IMG/VR virus record: IMGVR_UViG_3300025098_000012
Span: 124,001-188,000 of that record
Direction: 5' to 3' (one strand)
Length of the DNA stretch: 64,000 nucleotides
Part shown: positions 10,624 through 19,997 of the stretch, piece by piece
Position numbering within the stretch: position 1 is the first letter of the stretch
Layout of the letters: the number at the start of each line of letters is the position of its first letter
Translations under genes and position numbers: made by a program
Notes under the pieces: generated by a model
What the model saw: only the letters and a program-made list of their open reading frames with translations
What the model was told of the DNA's origin: nothing
Databases searched by the model: none

Positions 10624-11073
10624 TTAAAGACTTTCTGTATCAACCCCATGTTTTAATAAATAACTTAACCCCTCTTGATGAACTTCAGTCTGTAAAGGAG
10701 CATAAACTTTAATAATGCCTGCATGATGTATTGCCTTTGCACACATAAGACATGGATCACAGGATGTGAAAATCCACTTGCCCATCGTAGACATACCGTT
10801 ACGAGTGGCATTTAAGATCGCATTGATTTCTGCATGATGGCAACCGACATCATTTTGAGTGCCACTTTTGACTTCGTACCGATCACGCAAACAGTCCGAC
10901 CCACCACATAAATTCCCATTACTCCCTCTCGGAGGTCCATTATATCCTTCGCTAACAACAACATTGCTATCGGGGTCTACGATCACTGAACCCACTTTTC
11001 TCCTACAACAAGTGCTTGCAGACGCTATTAAAGAGCATTGTTGTTTTCGTATTTCGATATGTTTCTGCTTCAT
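10624..11073 (-). CDS. dCMP deaminase
   Basis: HAEINAI and PCLMCAKAI zinc-deaminase motifs; EGYNG. Confidence 0.9.
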   Translation of the reverse strand: MKQKHIEIRKQQCSLIASASTCCRRKVGSVIVDPDSNVVVSEGYNGPPRGSNGNLCGGSDCLRDRYEVKSGTQNDVGCHHAEINAILNATRNGMSTMGKWIFTSCDPCLMCAKAIHHAGIIKVYAPLQTEVHQEGLSYLLKHGVDTESL

Positions 11074-11133
11074 ATTCTTTAGATACCTTTCGCTTATAGG
11101 GTGAGGAGAATATACCCTCAGAATGGAGTCCAC

Positions 11134-12423
11134 ATGACAAAGGCAGTTTTGTTAGATACGAGTGTTTTAATACACGACCCGACCTCGATGACCTCTTTTG
11201 GTGATGATACCCAAGTCCTCATTCCAATCTATGTTATCATGGAGCTTGATGTTCTCAAAGACACACCAAAGCGTGAGAAATCTCATGTTGCACATCTTGC
11301 TCGTCAAGCATCTAATCTTATCCTTGAGCTACAGCCACAAGGTAAGGTCAAAGTAGTCTCTCACGATGGGGAGATCAGCATCAGATCTTTAGATCGTGCT
11401 AATCAGATTAGGTATGTAGACCTACTCATCCTTCAAACTGCTATCCATCTTAAAGATGATTACGATTTGACTCTTGTATCAAGAGACATCAACCTGCGTA
11501 TCATCTGTGAGTCGGTTGGTGTTAAGTCAGATGACTATACATCAGACACAAGCACAGACACTCTTAGTGGCATCGGACTCAAAGAGTTCGTTCCCGATGT
11601 TGTCTTAATGAACCAACTCGTTAAATCATATTGGCAAGGAGCTGTTAGACTCCCACACGAGTTTGACACACCTTTCCATGAAAACCAATACGGATGGTTT
11701 ATAGCACCTGGTGAAAAGACACATCTATTCGTACACAGAGACAACTCACTTTTCCCTGTCGATAAGGTGCGTACCGAGAAAGCTAAACCTAGAAATCTTG
11801 AACAACGAGCCGCTTTGGATGCTCTTTTAGATCAAGACATTGAACTAGTGTGTCTCTTAGGTAAAGCAGGTACAGGTAAAACCTTCCTTGCATTGGCAGC
11901 CGCTCTTGAACAAGCCCATACATATCAGCGTATTTTGCTCTCGAAACCTGTCGTTGATGTAGGTAACGGAATTGGTTTCTTGCCTGGTTCGCTCTCCGAA
12001 AAACTAGAACCTTGGATGCAGAGCTTCTTTGATAACCTCGATCAGATCAATCCTCTTTGGGATGCTGGTCCTATGGGTGGGGAGATGGGTAGTAAAGAGG
12101 GATTCCTAGAGAAGAACCAAATCGAGATCCAACCTATCCACTCGATTAGAGGTAGATCACTTAAACAAGCCTTCATGATTATTGATGAGGCACAGAACCT
12201 CACCAAACATGAGATCAAGTCAATCATCACAAGAGCGGCAGAAGGTACGAAGGTTGTACTTTTGGGCGACCCTTATCAGATTGACCACCCTTACCTCACC
12301 AAGCAATCTAATGGTCTTGTGTATGTGATTGAGCGTATGCTCGGTCAGCCTTTATTTGCGTGTGTGAGTCTACATAAGTCAGAACGATCTACGCTCTCGG
12401 ACATAGCGGCAGATCTTTTATAG
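11134..12423 (+). CDS. phoH: PhoH2-like PIN domain + PhoH ATPase
   Basis: N-terminal PIN (LLDTSVLIHDP...LVSRDINLR); GKAGTGKT; RGRS; IIDEAQN; LGDPYQID. Start MTKAV follows a GGAG RBS. Confidence 0.9.
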   Translation: MTKAVLLDTSVLIHDPTSMTSFGDDTQVLIPIYVIMELDVLKDTPKREKSHVAHLARQASNLILELQPQGKVKVVSHDGEISIRSLDRANQIRYVDLLILQTAIHLKDDYDLTLVSRDINLRIICESVGVKSDDYTSDTSTDTLSGIGLKEFVPDVVLMNQLVKSYWQGAVRLPHEFDTPFHENQYGWFIAPGEKTHLFVHRDNSLFPVDKVRTEKAKPRNLEQRAALDALLDQDIELVCLLGKAGTGKTFLALAAALEQAHTYQRILLSKPVVDVGNGIGFLPGSLSEKLEPWMQSFFDNLDQINPLWDAGPMGGEMGSKEGFLEKNQIEIQPIHSIRGRSLKQAFMIIDEAQNLTKHEIKSIITRAAEGTKVVLLGDPYQIDHPYLTKQSNGLVYVIERMLGQPLFACVSLHKSERSTLSDIAADLL

Positions 12424-12482
12424 TTTCTTTATAGCTTCCCATAAGTGATCTTTAACCCCTAAACTACAATGGAGTATCACTT

Positions 12483-12788
12483 ATGAGAAGAACAGCATCA
12501 GAAATCATCCGTAACCTTGAGAGTCGGATCGCAAGACTTGAAAGACAATCGTCAAGTTCTTCGAGGTTTGCACAGGAGATTTTTAAAAGAGGCGATATGG
12601 TGATGCTTCTAACCGTAAAGCCAGGACAGGCAGGGTCTTACGCTAATCCTGGAATAGTAGAGTCTGTGATGGACGATGAAGTTCGAGTTAGCGTAGGGAT
12701 GGCGTCTCTCATTGTTCCTGTAGAAGATCTTGTTAAAGCTACAGGTCGTAAAAGTGAAAATGTTAAGATTTGGATAGCAAATCATTAA
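12483..12788 (+). CDS. Leader-family protein 2 (SH3/KOW-like cargo)
   Basis: [22 protein letters not shown] leader; FKRGDMV...GIVESV...VRVSV beta-barrel pattern. Confidence 0.75.
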   Translation: MRRTASEIIRNLESRIARLERQSSSSSRFAQEIFKRGDMVMLLTVKPGQAGSYANPGIVESVMDDEVRVSVGMASLIVPVEDLVKATGRKSENVKIWIANH

Positions 12789-12800
12789 AGATTAAATGAC

Positions 12801-12837
12801 TTACTCCTATATGAATAAACCTCTCATATAGGAGTAA
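12801..12837 (+). promoter_or_regulatory. 14-bp perfect inverted repeat sequestering the RBS of ORF 12842
   Basis: ttactcctatatga / tcatataggagtaa; GGAG lies in the 3' arm. Confidence 0.65.
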
Positions 12838-12841
12838 GATC

Positions 12842-13048
12842 ATGAGTGCCAAATCCTTTGAAGAAGCCCAAAGCACTACCCAACCTGTCATTTATGTTGG
12901 AGTTGAGCGTCAAGAGGCTAAAGGCTTCAATAAAGTCATTCTCATACAAGAGAACAAAGATGGGTTACTGACCTCAGAAAACCATGTTAGTGGTGAGGTG
13001 TCCGTTCAGATGGTGAACGGTGTCTTAAAGGTCTATGTTAAGAACTGA
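12842..13048 (+). CDS. Small hypothetical protein
   Basis: 68-aa ORF with GGAG RBS. Confidence 0.55.
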   Translation: MSAKSFEEAQSTTQPVIYVGVERQEAKGFNKVILIQENKDGLLTSENHVSGEVSVQMVNGVLKVYVKN

Positions 13049-13050
13049 AC

Positions 13051-13407
13051 TTACATAAACTCGTTAGGGTCTGTGCTATCTGCATTAGGTTCAGAGTTAG
13101 GTGTTGGGGTAGGTTTCTGAGGTGGCTTACCCCCACCCTTTTGCTCAAGTGCAGTAGTCGCAACATGAGTGTATTTATCCAGGGCGGCTTGCCCTAAGAT
13201 GTAGCCAATCTGAATGAAACCACTAGTAACAATCATGGTGACGAGAACCATAAATGCGTAGTGGTCGATTTGAGTCTGATACTCCCACACCACATAAAAC
13301 ATAAGGACTTTCCACCCGATGTCAGCGATGAGATAAGCAAGGAACTTCTTGCTCTTTAGAGGGAGCTTATCAAAGCTCGTAGGGTCTTGTGATTTCTCGG
13401 TAGCCAT
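13051..13407 (-). CDS. Two-TM membrane protein, holin-like
   Basis: KSKKFLAY followed by two hydrophobic segments and a Pro-rich charged tail. Confidence 0.45.
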   Translation of the reverse strand: MATEKSQDPTSFDKLPLKSKKFLAYLIADIGWKVLMFYVVWEYQTQIDHYAFMVLVTMIVTSGFIQIGYILGQAALDKYTHVATTALEQKGGGKPPQKPTPTPNSEPNADSTDPNEFM

Positions 13408-13417
13408 AATGACTCTC

Positions 13418-13765
13418 CTATTGGTTCACTCTAAGTTTAGAGCGTTGGGTTGATTTGTTGACAGTTTTAGGGAGGTGGTTGTTACCCATATTGACACGAG
13501 TACCCATTGCCTTCTGAAACTTGTCCTCTACGATCTGAGGGTAATCTTTCGGCTTGGTGCTGAAAGCATAAATCTCATTGAGTCGATACTGCTCTTCTTG
13601 TGTCATTCCAGGCAGTAGCTTCAAGAAATCATCCCTAGCTTTCTGATTGTCATTCGATAGGAACTCTAGGATCAAGTAAGCAGGGAGTACAGGCTTATTA
13701 GTCGGGTCATCTTCCACACCCTTTAGGGTGTTTTCACCATCGGGTCGTATCCAAAAGTTTTCCAT
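13418..13765 (-). CDS. Hypothetical protein
   Basis: 115-aa ORF, class A motif, AGGAG RBS. Confidence 0.6.
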   Translation of the reverse strand: MENFWIRPDGENTLKGVEDDPTNKPVLPAYLILEFLSNDNQKARDDFLKLLPGMTQEEQYRLNEIYAFSTKPKDYPQIVEDKFQKAMGTRVNMGNNHLPKTVNKSTQRSKLRVNQ

Positions 13766-13825
13766 AACAATCTCCTCTCTTTTAAGTAGGGGATTGTATA
13801 AAGGAACTATTAAAGGAGGTGTCTT

Positions 13826-14188
13826 ATGGAACGAAAGACCGTAATGAAGATCACGAGCAGTATGTTAGACTGCAAATGTAAGGGTGATGGATATATTTTC
13901 CTCAAAAAAGGGGGCATGATTAAATGCCCGACACATTATGCTTGTGCGTCTAGCGAAGATTATCGCTTAGAGATGCTAAGACTTGAGTATCAAAACTTGA
14001 GGAGGTTCGTTTTAGATATGCCCCACATGAACTCAAGTTTTATTGATCTTAGTTTGCCTACGACAGCTAAGGGTGTTGATGAGCATATCGGGTCAAATTA
14101 TGAGGTGGACTCAGCCGAGTCTTGGGTGAGAGCTATCCAACATTATGTGCGAGAATACTTACTTAACTACAAGGTGAAAGAGGATTAG
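13826..14188 (+). CDS. Hypothetical protein with Cys cluster
   Basis: CKCKGDG...CPTH; GGAGG RBS. Confidence 0.55.
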   Translation: MERKTVMKITSSMLDCKCKGDGYIFLKKGGMIKCPTHYACASSEDYRLEMLRLEYQNLRRFVLDMPHMNSSFIDLSLPTTAKGVDEHIGSNYEVDSAESWVRAIQHYVREYLLNYKVKED

Positions 14189-14218
14189 TAATCCTCGTCT
14201 TCATCTACTGAGGATGTC

Positions 14219-14785
14219 ATGAAGAAAAAGCTCCTAGAGGGTATAGATGCCTCTTTTGACTATTTTGTAAGACAACACCTTAACTCATACTCAAAAGTCT
14301 CACTCAGCTCGAATAAAGACGCTCAAATAAGGTCGTTCGTTAAACAGGTGATAGAGAAGAAGCGAGCAGAGGGGGGTCAATACTTTAAAGATCCAGAGTC
14401 ATTGGCTAAAAGGTATCTAACAGGTTGGGGTGGAGAGTGTGCTGTTGAAAAACACATAGGTAAACCCTTTGTCGATTTTACTATAGGAGACTCACATGAC
14501 TACTATGTACCCGACTTGAGGTCAGCAGGATATGAGGTGGGAGTTAAGACGGTGAGCATGGGCGACTTTCCCCTGTTAAGGAAACCTACACCTAGTTCAT
14601 CAAACACACCTCAGATTATCGTGATACGAGAGTCTAACCTTGATTATTACATCTGTGGGTTGGCTACCTATGATGTAGTAAACGACCCCAACAACTTCTC
14701 TCAGTTGCTAGTGCGTAGTGGGGGAGTCTTAGAGGTAGGGGTCAAATCAGCGTTTTATCGCTTTGACCTTCTCTCCCCTCTTTAG
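14219..14785 (+). CDS. Hypothetical protein, possible PD-(D/E)xK nuclease
   Basis: GECAVE...PDL...EVGVKT spacing resembles restriction-like nucleases. Confidence 0.35.
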   Translation: MKKKLLEGIDASFDYFVRQHLNSYSKVSLSSNKDAQIRSFVKQVIEKKRAEGGQYFKDPESLAKRYLTGWGGECAVEKHIGKPFVDFTIGDSHDYYVPDLRSAGYEVGVKTVSMGDFPLLRKPTPSSSNTPQIIVIRESNLDYYICGLATYDVVNDPNNFSQLLVRSGGVLEVGVKSAFYRFDLLSPL

Positions 14786-14841
14786 CTGAGGTTGGTGGGT
14801 AGGCTTGCCTGTGTTTGATGTCGCTATCTCTCGTTACACCT

Positions 14842-15384
14842 TTACATCTTAGCAAGCTCGCTTGGGCTATATGCTAGGAAGTTCCCATCCCATTCTTTAC
14901 GAGGATCGTCCTCAAAAGGAGGCATCGATGGTCCTGCGTAAACTGTGATAAGACCTTGTTTACCACCACCTGTTGGGATGATGATAAGGGTAAGGATGTC
15001 GGTTGCTCTCATTGGTCGAGGGCGACTGATAAGACGCTGTTCTGGACGACCCTCACCACGAGACTTGTAGAAAAACTCCTCATCTCTCATGTTGATACGA
15101 TCACCCATCTTCTTGCCATGTAAACGAGTCTCGCCTCGGAAGCCTTGTACTCTAAGTTCGGTAGCTCCGTTTGGACCTCCCATATCTTCCCACATCTGAA
15201 AAGCCTTAGCGAGAGACTTAGCGTCAAACTCTTTAGCGTGGGTTTTGAAGTGAGTGGAAAGAAGCTCGATGTCGTTGCGAGCAAGAAACTCTTCAACTAC
15301 AGAGTCTACAGAGCCTGCTTGACGCTCAAGGCGAGCAACTCGTTGCTCAAGATTACGGATTACTTCTGATGCTGTTCTTCTCAT
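14842..15384 (-). CDS. Leader-family protein 3 (alpha/beta cargo, possibly enzymatic)
   Basis: MRRTASEVIRNLEQRVARLERQAG leader. Confidence 0.75.
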   Translation of the reverse strand: MRRTASEVIRNLEQRVARLERQAGSVDSVVEEFLARNDIELLSTHFKTHAKEFDAKSLAKAFQMWEDMGGPNGATELRVQGFRGETRLHGKKMGDRINMRDEEFFYKSRGEGRPEQRLISRPRPMRATDILTLIIIPTGGGKQGLITVYAGPSMPPFEDDPRKEWDGNFLAYSPSELAKM

Positions 15385-15431
15385 AGTGAGATCGACTCAT
15401 TGGCATTGATAAATAATCTATAAATAAAGGG

Positions 15432-15629
15432 TTACACTTCCCACCAATCGTACATTGTAAATCCGTACTCCTCGCTGATCCAATCTGAGATACCATCTTC
15501 ATCCTCATAGGCGATGTCGATAGGTACGAGAACAATATGAGGTAGTCCAGCTTGTTCAACAGCGTTATCATAATCTGTATCTTCAAGCTCTGTTTGAGAA
15601 AAATCCCATTGAACACGAACTTTCATCAT
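15432..15629 (-). CDS. Small acidic protein
   Basis: 65 aa, D/E-rich, stop/start overlap with the GS gene. Confidence 0.55.
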   Translation of the reverse strand: MMKVRVQWDFSQTELEDTDYDNAVEQAGLPHIVLVPIDIAYEDEDGISDWISEEYGFTMYDWWEV

Positions 15630-16648
15630 TTACCCCAAGTGTCTGAAATAGTCCTTATCAATGCTTCACACACAAGATAAGGGTCAGCATTAGCGTTAGG
15701 TCTACGATCTTCAAAGTAGCCACAACCATTCTTATCTGTCTCCACAGGAATGCGAACCGAAGCTGTCCGATCAGACACTCCCGACTTAAATTCATCATAG
15801 CGACAAGTCTCATGGTGTCCTGTTAATCGGATCTCATACCCTGCACCATACCGATCAAGGTGTTCTTGAATCCTGTGAGACATCTTCTCTACAGCTTTGT
15901 TGATTTCCTCGATACCACCTTCTTGTCTCATTGCTTTGGTAGAGAAGTTGGTGTGCATACCTGCACCGTTCCAATCACCTGTAACTGGCTTAGGGTCAAG
16001 GGTAGCCGAGATGTCGAAATCTTCACCTACACGATAAAGAAGCCACCGAGCAATCCACAGATAGTCACTTGCAGACAGAGCATCTTGCATCGGACCACCG
16101 AGTTGGAACTCCCATTGACCAGGCATTACTTCAGCGTTGATCCCTGTGATTGGTAGTTCTGCTTTCAAGCACACATCAAGATGCTTCTCTACGAGATTTC
16201 TACCCGAAACTTCATCTGAACCAACCCCACAATAATAAGGACCTTGTTCAGCAGGAAACCTACGCTCACTAGGGAAGCCCAAAGGTCTTGATCCCTTATA
16301 GAGAGTATATTCTTGTTCAAAAGCAACCCACTCGCCTTGATCTACGAATGACTTGAGTGCCTCTACGAGTTTGGCTCTTGTATTTGAAGGGTGTTTTTCA
16401 CCATCTACTGTTTCTACTTCACAAAGAACGAGAATGTTATCTCCACCTCTGATGGGATCTTCGACAACTCGTACTGGTCTTAATACACAATCTGATGAGT
16501 TGCCTTCAGCTTGCATGGTGGAAGATCCATCAAAGCTCCAAAGGGGCAACTGTTCGGGTGAAAAAGTAGGTGCTGTGAGATACTTCGTCTTTGACCTTAC
16601 CCTTGCTGTAGGGTTTCCACCATCAATCCAAATATATTCTGCGAGCAT
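15626..16648 (-). CDS. glnII: Glutamine synthetase type II
   Basis: AEYIWIDG, WSFDGSST, NAEVMPGQWEFQ, WNGAGMHTNFST, RLTGHHET, YFEDRRP; 340 aa, typical GSII length. Confidence 0.93.
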   Translation of the reverse strand: MLAEYIWIDGGNPTARVRSKTKYLTAPTFSPEQLPLWSFDGSSTMQAEGNSSDCVLRPVRVVEDPIRGGDNILVLCEVETVDGEKHPSNTRAKLVEALKSFVDQGEWVAFEQEYTLYKGSRPLGFPSERRFPAEQGPYYCGVGSDEVSGRNLVEKHLDVCLKAELPITGINAEVMPGQWEFQLGGPMQDALSASDYLWIARWLLYRVGEDFDISATLDPKPVTGDWNGAGMHTNFSTKAMRQEGGIEEINKAVEKMSHRIQEHLDRYGAGYEIRLTGHHETCRYDEFKSGVSDRTASVRIPVETDKNGCGYFEDRRPNANADPYLVCEALIRTISDTWGK

Positions 16649-16695
16649 TAAGCTCTCCTTTCTTAAATAAGAGAAGAGATACAATAAATAAACTA

Positions 16696-17517
16696 TCAGT
16701 CAACATCACCAAATATGTCGAAGATAGAAATCTGTTCTCCCTTTTGAGGTTTCGCCTTGCCTACTAGAGCTTCAGATTCAATCTCTGTTCCTATAGGCAT
16801 CCAATGTCGAATACGAGCTTCACAGATTTTCGCATATTCGGGATTAAGTTCAACCCCTACAAAGTCATGACCTAAGCGACTCATAGCGATCCCTGTTGTA
16901 CCAGAACCTAAAAATGGGTCTACAACCTTTGAATTAGGTGCTATGTCTCTAGCACACCATTCCATAATTTCTATTGGTTTAACTGTTGGGTGTATATTTG
17001 CTCTAGGTTGTTGACCACTCGTGCCAGCATACGGATTTGCATCAGGTTTTCCGTTTTTTATTCTAACTAAGCCCGCAGAACCTTCTTTCCTACCCGTTAA
17101 CTCGGAGTTATTTTTTTTATTTAATCCATCTAGTCCTGCTTCTCTTTCAGACCGACTCGCTTTTGAGGTATATTGAAATGTGTTGGGTTCTTCAGCTACA
17201 AAAATAGCATCTCGGACTTCAAAACCACAGTCTTCAAGAGCAATCACACCCTTATATCCTATATCTTCTGGGATCATTACGACATGAGCACCTGGTTTAA
17301 GGATGTCCTTAATCTCTTTAGATTGTTCGTCTGTAGGTTCTCCAAGTAAGATGAGTCCATGCACCATAGGTTCATAGGTAGACAGTAAAGATCCTTCTTC
17401 AAAGACCTCTTTCTTGTAGGTAGAGAAGTCAATCTCATTAGGTTGAGAGACGATTACACAAGCATCCTCTACAGGAGGTGTGATCATTGTCTTAAAGTAT
17501 TCAATCATGTCTTTCAT
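16696..17517 (-). CDS. Split DNA methyltransferase, C subunit (SAM-binding; catalytic motif absent)
   Basis: HPTVKP and VDPFLGSGTTG (motif I), GVELNPEY; degenerate ILKPGAH...EDCGFEVRD core; no DPPY. Confidence 0.85.
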   Translation of the reverse strand: MKDMIEYFKTMITPPVEDACVIVSQPNEIDFSTYKKEVFEEGSLLSTYEPMVHGLILLGEPTDEQSKEIKDILKPGAHVVMIPEDIGYKGVIALEDCGFEVRDAIFVAEEPNTFQYTSKASRSEREAGLDGLNKKNNSELTGRKEGSAGLVRIKNGKPDANPYAGTSGQQPRANIHPTVKPIEIMEWCARDIAPNSKVVDPFLGSGTTGIAMSRLGHDFVGVELNPEYAKICEARIRHWMPIGTEIESEALVGKAKPQKGEQISIFDIFGDVD

Positions 17518-17930
17518 TGATCATTCTCTTTCTTAAATTGTTTGAAGAACCTAGAAGCACCCCCTGTTTCAGTTCTCCAATCCGACTTTTCAACCATGTC
17601 TGGTATCTTGTCGGTGAAATCTTCATTGCTTCTTTTATATGAATAATTTGAGGTGTTTGTTTTGATACCACTTTGTCGATCTAACTCTTGAACAGGGCAA
17701 TCCCCAATAAGAATAAAGTTAGCAGGCCACCTACCTGTGGATTCTTTAGCTTCTATAGGCTTAGACTTCCAATGGACATCTATCTCACCCCCTAAGCTAC
17801 TCATAGCAGTTGAAACCATAGTTTCAGTTCCTACTCTAGTAGCGTCTATATCCAAAGCACCACATCCATGTTTCAGGACATTATCTGCTACACTGCCCCC
17901 TAGAGACTTTCTTAATATGGTGATAATCAT
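17514..17930 (-). CDS. Split methyltransferase middle module M4
   Basis: IITILRK...LKHGCGALDID...GRWPANFIL...GGASRFFK. Confidence 0.85.
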   Translation of the reverse strand: MIITILRKSLGGSVADNVLKHGCGALDIDATRVGTETMVSTAMSSLGGEIDVHWKSKPIEAKESTGRWPANFILIGDCPVQELDRQSGIKTNTSNYSYKRSNEDFTDKIPDMVEKSDWRTETGGASRFFKQFKKENDQ

Positions 17931-18247
17931 AGTTCATTCTCCTTTTTAAACTTCTTGAAAAACTTCGACCCCTCACAACTAACCTCATTTGTTAAGATGA
18001 AATTAGCTGGCCATCTGCCCTTTTCTTTATACATTTGTATGTCTGAACCAACTTGAGCAACATGACCCGACCACCCGCTCTCTTTGTAGGAAGCTGTTTG
18101 TTGTCTTTGCCTAGCTTCAAAGTTTATACTTTCATTTTCATCGTAGCCTACTCTAGTGACATCTATATTCAAAGCTCCGCACCCATGTTTAAGAGTGTTT
18201 TCGGCTACGCTTCCCTCTAGGGGTTTTCTAAGGATAGTGATGATCAT
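17927..18247 (-). CDS. Split methyltransferase middle module M3
   Basis: Same conserved blocks; shortest variant. Confidence 0.85.
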   Translation of the reverse strand: MIITILRKPLEGSVAENTLKHGCGALNIDVTRVGYDENESINFEARQRQQTASYKESGWSGHVAQVGSDIQMYKEKGRWPANFILTNEVSCEGSKFFKKFKKENEL

Positions 18248-18813
18248 GTTTTAACTCCAATGCAAACTGGTTCCCAAGCAGGTTTAAGAGCTGTACCCCA
18301 ACCTTCCCACTTTTTAGCTTCATCTGAAACTAAAGCCCGAATAGGTATTTGAGTTGCTTTTTGAACAATACCAACACCGCCTCGTGCAATACCCCCATGA
18401 CCTTGTGAGTCCTCAACGCTCACACCTAGTTTATGTCCGATGACTTCTCCCTCAACTCCTAGCTTCTTTTCAAACTGCTTGGCTAGATTATGAGATTTCG
18501 GAAAACCAGACCCGTATGCCCATGCTTCTACTTTCAAGTCTGCGAAGCCTATTTCTCCCATCATTGCTATTAAATGATGAAAGGTTCTCGTACCGCTAAA
18601 AGCCTTAAGGACACCGTTAGGTTTAAGGACTCTATGAGCTTCTCTAATCCAAGCTCTATGCCATTCTCTTTGTTGAGATCCTTCCCCAATGTCATCCCAA
18701 CCTTTAGACATAAACTTAAGTCCGTAAGGGGGGTCGCAGATAATAGCGTCTACGGAGTTATCTTCTAAGTCTTTAAGTCGTTGGGTGCAATCACCTATCT
18801 TGATTTCTATCAT
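18244..18813 (-). CDS. Split methyltransferase catalytic module N2
   Basis: GDC...DPPYG (motif IV), RVLKPNG, YGSGFPKS, WEGWGTALKPAWEP; no FxGxG. Confidence 0.88.
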   Translation of the reverse strand: MIEIKIGDCTQRLKDLEDNSVDAIICDPPYGLKFMSKGWDDIGEGSQQREWHRAWIREAHRVLKPNGVLKAFSGTRTFHHLIAMMGEIGFADLKVEAWAYGSGFPKSHNLAKQFEKKLGVEGEVIGHKLGVSVEDSQGHGGIARGGVGIVQKATQIPIRALVSDEAKKWEGWGTALKPAWEPVCIGVKT

Positions 18814-19382
18814 TAGTCATTCTCTTTCTTAAGTTGTTTGAAGAACCTGGAAGCTCCACCCTCATCTCCAAATCCTGTCATTTCTCCTCCTGGGAAGTTT
18901 CCATGATAGCCTGTACCTGCTTTTTTAGTTCCTGTCGGTTTACCACTTTGTCGGTCTAACTCTTGAACTGAGCAACCCTCAACACAAGCCCAATCAGATA
19001 TGGTTTCTTTTCCATCTTTATCTGCATGACCTACCCTGTGAATACCCTCTTTAGAGTTATTCATGGAAATAGAAGTCTTAGCTTCATTACCTACAGAGGG
19101 TTTGCTTATTGCACCCTTAACTTTCTTAGTGCCTTTTAGTTCACAACCATCTTTATGGGTAAGGATAAAGTTAGCTGGCCACCTGCCTTTTGACTCAGTT
19201 GGATCTATAGGTTTAGATTTCCAATTATCATCGTGCATAACCCCTAGACTACCCATAGACCTAGAAACCATAGTCTCTGTACCTACTCTAGTGGCATCTA
19301 TATTTATAGCACTACAACCATGTTTAAGAGTATTCTCAGTTACTGAACCCTCTAACGGTTTTCTCAATATGGTGATAATCAT
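18813..19382 (-). CDS. Split methyltransferase middle module M2
   Basis: Conserved blocks plus two Cys-containing inserts. Confidence 0.85.
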   Translation of the reverse strand: MIITILRKPLEGSVTENTLKHGCSAINIDATRVGTETMVSRSMGSLGVMHDDNWKSKPIDPTESKGRWPANFILTHKDGCELKGTKKVKGAISKPSVGNEAKTSISMNNSKEGIHRVGHADKDGKETISDWACVEGCSVQELDRQSGKPTGTKKAGTGYHGNFPGGEMTGFGDEGGASRFFKQLKKEND

Positions 19383-19385
19383 AGT

Positions 19386-19997
19386 TCATTCTCCTTTCTT
19401 AAATTGTTTGAAGAAACGAGAAGCACCTCCCTCATCATTATACCCCTCTTTATACCCTTGTCTTTGGGTTGACGAGTTATGAAAAGAGTTTCCTTGGTAT
19501 GGATTAAAAGTATTATGGTTTTGACTCGACCAACCTTTGACTTGACCACTTTGTCTATCTAACTCTTTAACAGGACAATCCTCTGCACAATCCCAATCAG
19601 CTACTGTTTCCTCTCCTTGATGGTGGTCTTTAGCTCTTTTCTTAAGTCCATCCTTATAAAGACCTACTTCTCTGTCAGAATAAAGACCTACTTCTCTGTC
19701 AGAGCCACTTTTACCCTGTTTGGTCTTCTTAATCCCTTTTAACTCACAATCGTCTTTGTGAGTAAGAATGAAGTTAGCTGGCCACCTACCTGTAGTAATC
19801 TTCCCCTCAAAGTCTTCTTTAAGACCCGATTGAAAGACAGTACTTTTATGCTTATCTGGAGAGCGTCCATTTTTAGAAGTGTCTTGAACTAAGTTCCCAA
19901 TGCGAGTGGCATCAATGTTGATAGCCCCACACCCATGTTTAAGGGTGTTCTCAGTCACACTCCCCTCTAGGGGCTTTCTAAGTAATGTAATGATCAT
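19386..19997 (-). CDS. Split methyltransferase middle module M1
   Basis: Conserved blocks; internal 24-bp tandem duplication (SDREVGLY x2). Confidence 0.85.
   Translation of the reverse strand: MIITLLRKPLEGSVTENTLKHGCGAINIDATRIGNLVQDTSKNGRSPDKHKSTVFQSGLKEDFEGKITTGRWPANFILTHKDDCELKGIKKTKQGKSGSDREVGLYSDREVGLYKDGLKKRAKDHHQGEETVADWDCAEDCPVKELDRQSGQVKGWSSQNHNTFNPYQGNSFHNSSTQRQGYKEGYNDEGGASRFFKQFKKGE
19656..19703. repeat. 24-bp perfect tandem duplication within M1
   Basis: ataaagacctacttctctgtcaga occurs twice. Confidence 0.9.

Noticed and set aside
17927-17960. TTTAAAAAG at the M3 end as a -1 frameshift site
   Set aside because: Not in X-XXY-YYZ register with the reading frame, and no downstream structure seen; ATGA coupling explains the junction.
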